DNA of 63,333 bases, counting the filler, from Olpidium bornovanus S191 (taxonomy: Eukaryota; Fungi; Olpidiomycota): the NCBI GenBank assembly GCA_017911155.1. It is 30 parts of 30 records of this genome, joined end to end, with 100 filler letters (N's around TTAATTAATTAA, not from the genome) between each part and the next. Parts side by side here need not be neighbours in the genome. Positions count along the whole stretch, not along the records: positions 57,521 to 59,445 come from JAEFCI010007514.1; positions 59,546 to 60,686 come from JAEFCI010009883.1; positions 60,787 to 63,333 come from JAEFCI010002548.1; 27 more parts are not named here. One strand, given 5' to 3'. The stretch's first letter is position 1, and each line of letters begins with the position of its first letter. Under the pieces are notes generated by a model. That model was given only the letters and a program-made list of their open reading frames with translations. It ran no database searches and was not told the origin of the DNA. Of this stretch, positions 58,699 through 63,333 are shown piece by piece. A program made the position numbers and the translations under genes.

Positions 58699-59916
58699 CG
58701 TGTTCTCACGTTCACAGGGGGGGAGGGGGAGCCGACTGCCGGCGAAGGGAGGCCAGTTACGGCTGGCCGCCTTTCGGGCTTGAGAGGGTGCCGGCAGTTC
58801 CCGCCGACAGCGCACCCGCCGTAACGACGCTTTTCCGGGCCTGTCACAGTAGCGCTTTCTTCAAGATCGGTAAGATCCGGCCTACGCGGAAGCGTCTCCT
58901 ACCAGAACCCCTTTCTTCTTGACCCATACACCCACCGTGCGCAGGGGCATCATAGGAGCATCCGCTCGTCAGCTCGAAACTCGCACGTTGTAGTGACAGA
59001 CCAGGAACATCGAGAGGGCCAGTTGCATTGCTTCACACAGCGGTCCAAAAGCAGGTTGGCGGCTTGCTGGCGACCCGTGGGTGCATTAGATAAGCTAGGG
59101 GCGGAATGGTTGGTTCGGCATTCGCGTTTCGTAATGTTGAATTCCCGGTTTCGCGGCTTCACTGCAACCTGCTTTTCGATATCAGAAGGCGACCCCAGGA
59201 CAAGGGCGGTGCAGATGTACTAGTGCCGTATCGCAAGCACTTTTTGCTCGGCATGCACATGAGATTTTACGCAAGTGTAATCGATCGGTTGGCCGAGACA
59301 AGCATTCGCGTCCACTAGTTCGTACATGAAGTGAAGAGCGTCCATTTCGCAGGAACTACAATCGAATATCACAATACTTCAGTATTTTGAGACATTGTTA
59401 ATCGCATTATACTCGTTATGTAATTATATATTGCCGCGCCCGCCGNNNNNNNNNNNNNNNNNNNNNNNNNNNNNNNNNNNNNNNNNNNNTTAATTAATTA
59501 ANNNNNNNNNNNNNNNNNNNNNNNNNNNNNNNNNNNNNNNNNNNNCATGGTTACAGACACAACGCCGAACACATCCACTCATATACACTGCTCCGGGTAG
59601 GAAACAAGCTAAGTCAAGCAGTTTCCGACTCGAAGAACCTGACCCCGGCCTCTCAGGTGGCCGCTCATTATCAATCAGCCAAGACGGAGGGTGGGAGACC
59701 ACCGGCCACGAATAGTTTATTAGAATTCAGTTTAAATTCCGCGATCAATCGGTACTGAGACCCTTGACTAGAAACTCCGAAAGTACCGACACTCCGAGAG
59801 TTACCGGCGTCCAGGGTTCGGCCGCGGGGAGCAGATCCCAGACGGGCAGTGAAACCACGGAAGCCCGCGTCGCTGGGAAGGAGGGGAAGGAGAGGAAGGG
59901 GGCCGCTTGCCGCTCG

Positions 59917-60562
59917 TCAGTGTTTCTTGGTCCTGGAAGTATTGCCGGATGAGGGCGGGCCACCATGATCGAGGCACGGCGACAGCGGAACGGGATCCGC
60001 GGTGACGCGGGTCTCGGAGAAAGAGTAAAGCAGAAGGCCTCCGAAGACGAGGACCGCACCGGCTTTCATGAAGAGAGGAAACGGATTCCCGAAGTACCAC
60101 ACTGACATGGCCAAGGACACAAATTTGCGCACGTTCAGCACCAGGTTCACTGTCAGGGCCGTCGTCACGGAGGTCAGCCGGTGCACCCCAGCGATGCACA
60201 TGTACCTGGAGAGACGCAAAGGAGAACGCATGGGCCGAGTGAGCGAGATGGAAACGCGAAGAGAGGAAAAGATCGAGGGGCGGAGGAAGGGCCTGGTGGA
60301 AGAGGGGGGGGTGTTGGACAGAAAAATACAACGGCGAATCTAGCGTGATTCAGACAGAACAATCTCTTAACTGTGTCAACACGTTGAGGACGAGGAACAC
60401 CGCAAGCTTCGGCAAGCGGACATCCAACCACGTCGCTGCGCCGGTGGGCAGGACCGGGGCCAAGACTTTGCTCAGTAGCACCGGTTTGGAATTCGCCACG
60501 ATCGTCGCCTGCGCAAGAATTTCCCGGCGGAAGATGAGGAAGAACGGCAGGCTGAGCGCGTG
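59917..60562 (-). CDS. YEA4: UDP-GlcNAc/UDP-xylose transporter (UAA family, Yea4/SLC35B4-like), 5' partial
   Basis: HALSLPFFL...LVLNVLTQ|YMCIAGVHRLTSVTTALTVNLVLNVRKFVSLAMSVWYFGNPF...GAVLVFGGLLLY; stop at 59917. Confidence 0.88.
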
Positions 60563-60786
60563 CTGCGAAAAAGAATAAGGAATCGTAACGCGTCACAAAC
60601 TGACCGGACACCCGATTTTCGACGCGGTCTCAAAGCAAACCGAAAGAAAAATAAAGAAAGCGAATCCTATCCGACCGCGCAACATGNNNNNNNNNNNNNN
60701 NNNNNNNNNNNNNNNNNNNNNNNNNNNNNNTTAATTAATTAANNNNNNNNNNNNNNNNNNNNNNNNNNNNNNNNNNNNNNNNNNNN

Positions 60787-60994
60787 AAACACGGCCCCAG
60801 GATTCTTCGTGATGTACGACATATCGCCGATGGTGATTTTGTACAGCGACCGTCGCCGGCCGCTCTCTTACTTCTTGACGGGCTCCTTGTCCGTCATCGG
60901 GGGCATGTTCACTATCGCTGGCCTGTTCGACAGCGCGGTGTACAGCGCCGAGCGCAACCTGGCACGGAAGGTCGAGCTCGGGAAATCGACATGA
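60787..60994 (+). CDS. ERV46: ER-Golgi vesicle protein Erv46/ERGIC3 C-terminus
   Basis: PGFFVMYDISPMVILYSDRRRPLSYFLTGSLSVIGGMFTIAGLFDSAVYSAERNLARKVELGKST*, with the COPII-coated vesicle family C-terminus and dilysine-like tail. Confidence 0.9.
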
Positions 60995-62420
60995 AAAAGT
61001 AGTTCAGGATATTTCCGTTTTTGCCGCCCCTCCTGCCCTCCGAGGACGAACGCCTTTTGTCAAATAATAAAAAAAAAGCCGGCGGGAAAATGGCGTTACA
61101 GAATGAATTTGCCCCGCGGACGTTACGGTTGCCTTTTGCCGGACTGGGGCGGCTAAAAAAAAAAAAAAAGGAACGCAGAAAAATCTGGCAGCAGGCGTAC
61201 CCGCTTTGGTGAGGAGATGCGATCTGGTGAGGCCCCAAGGGGCGTCGGGGCGCCGATTAAACGGCAGCATGCGCGAAGCAAATGCCCTCCCCCCCACCCG
61301 CTACCCTCCACGGCATTCTGACACCATTGATCGAACCGTGGTTCCCGAGATCCGTTGTTCTCCCTCTTCGGTCTTTGACCGGCAGACCCGGGATTCTCGC
61401 CGGCGTGGGCTCAAGCTAACGATGTGCGCGCCTTATTTCGCGGCTGTATCGGGGACTGTCCCCTGAACTCGGGACGTGCGGTAGACGATGCCAGGCTGGG
61501 TTCGGGGGTGTGCTCACTTCGCCCCAGAACAGCGAAAGAGACCCGATCGAGGCGGCAGAGGCCGGGTAATTTTGTGTGTGGGTTCGCACGTAATTCGTTG
61601 CGGCGGGCCTGAATAATGATCTGTGCCCCGCACCGGCGAGTCATGGCGCCGTTTTTTACCACCGCGGCCAAGTGGGCCCTCGTAATCTCGATGTGAAGGT
61701 GCTTCCTAGCACCTGTTCCGCGCAACACTCCCACTGCCGACCGACTCTTGCTAAAGTAGCTGCCCCTCCTTCCGGCGTGCGCAAGTTTTCCTCGCTGTCC
61801 CTCCTTTGCCGAGCTATCGCCGTCCGCCATACGCGCCGCACCGACAGCCCCGGCTGCGTGGCCCCACTTAGTCCGCTTAGTAATGACGCTGTTGTTCTCC
61901 AACACCTGGCCCAGGTGCGGGCGGCGGTGCTGCTGTCGGAAACGAGAGGTCCGCTCACCAAAGGAAACTCCCTCAAATATAGCGACCACGGACCAAAGAT
62001 CCCGATAGATCCCGTTCCCTCGAACGAGGAGTGTTGTGAGTACTGTAGGATGCGATCTACAGTCGCGCGAACAAATCTGCCACCGGCTTTCGTGGGCTCA
62101 GCGCACATAGCTACGCCCACGCTGCAGATGATAACCCCCAAAGCAAAAACAAAGGAAAAAAAAAACTTCATCCCGTCCTTCCCGTTTTTTGCCTTCGTTG
62201 GTCGGTCCTTCGGCTCCTCCCCTGCGTCACAACAGTTTCGCAACCCCGTTCCCAGATAATAGAAGCACTTCTTGTGAAAAAAGAAACTGCCCTCTATGAT
62301 TCACTGATCCTTTTCCCTTTCCCAGCTCAGATCACTTTCCAGCACGCAAGACTGTCCCCTCGCGCTGGAATCAACACGGAATCGGGGCGTGCCGGGCTGC
62401 CAATTGAGGCCAGAGCAGCT

Positions 62421-63333
62421 TCAAATATGAACAAACGTCTCAGCAAACTCGCGCAATTGAAGGTCGTTTGCCCAACGAGACATATTAAATGTAAAAGAGC
62501 TACTCGGTGAGTCGGACAGACAGTGGGCTAATTGGACCTTGTCGCCGAATGCGCGCAAGGCAACAAAATCCTTCAGGTCCCTCAGGGGGAGGTCCACCTC
62601 ATCAATGAGAGATGGTTTGGCGCCTCTCAAGGAACGGGCTTGGCGTCTCGTACCAATCCAGACCCTCTGATGAGTTCGCACTCTTGGTACCGTTTACGCG
62701 CCGCGCAGCAGCGTCCTCGCCGCCCCGCGGCGCGTCGGTTTCCTTGCGAAGGCTGGCTGTGCCCCGCGGGGTCGGTCGCCGCTGCTGGCGCGCGTAGGAT
62801 GTCGGCGACGGGATGGTCGCGGAACCGGTCCATCCGTGCGTCGTCCCCGCGTTTTTCTCGGGCACGTTTTGAACCCGCTGCTGGCTGCTCCGCTTCGCCG
62901 CCGCCTGCCTCAGCAAAAACGCGGGAAAACCTTGCTGAGTAACCGGCTTCCGCGGGGTCGCCTTGGCCTGCTGCGTCTTCGGGGCGCTCGGCGAGAACAG
63001 GCCGCATGTCGACGGTGCCGCCGACCTCCCCTTTGTCTGCAGGCCGTGGGGCTTCTGGTGGTCGGCCGAAGCGGCTGCGTTGTCGGCGTCGACGGCATGG
63101 GCCTCCGTCGTTTCCCCGATAGGATGTTCCTCTGTTTCAACACAGATTTCTGACAAGTTGGAGCCTGCCGGGCCCTTCGCAGCAGCGTCATTTTGATTGG
63201 TAAGACCATCCTCATGGTTGCTGATGTCAATGAGTGGCTTCCGCAGTTTAACATCGTCCGCTTTCGTTTCGCCCTGGGAAGCAAGACGGCTGGTGGCCAG
63301 TTGGAACCGTCGCCTGCCCGTCGCTGATGACAT
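62421..63333 (-). CDS. Hypothetical disordered protein with D-box-like motif (extends to window edge)
   Basis: 243-aa ORF 63333-62602 containing RKPLIDISN and several TP/SP sites; overlapping frame 62681-62421 may be the continuation. Confidence 0.5.

Overview
Not one contiguous locus: 30 short eukaryotic contigs (about 1-5 kb) joined by 29 artificial 100-bp spacers (44 N + TTAATTAATTAA + 44 N), so gene adjacency across spacers is meaningless and most genes are partial. The DNA is GC-rich and intron-containing (GT-AG), with homopolymer-rich introns. Flagellar/centriolar genes (axonemal DNAH2-like dynein, NME7, centrin-3) occur with fungal-type genes (DUF1769, H3 with SAIG, YEA4-like transporter), pointing to a zoosporic fungus (inference; an Olpidium-like fragmented draft fits, unverified). 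Other genes: CYRI/FAM49, SET-domain protein, glomulin/Ybp-like, HBS1, RRM protein, RhoGAP, RA-PH protein, ARP4, TBCC, ERV46, SLC35C2-like transporter. Highlights: (1) an HBS1 gene whose predicted large intron is an open exon carrying Ski7-type motifs and its own stop (likely dual HBS1/Ski7 alternative splicing); (2) three short (125-138 bp) LTRs each abutting a half-tRNA-iMet primer site (Ty5/copia hemivirus-type) with no gag/pol visible; (3) a gene-free ~3.2 kb mosaic of satellites, palindromes and a ~120-bp hairpin; (4) two bacterial-like genes, an intact QorB/YtfG-like oxidoreductase and a decayed acyl-CoA synthetase; (5) 17 of 58 gap-adjacent contig ends sit at CATG, probably a library artefact. 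All assignments come from reading the sequence; no database search was run.
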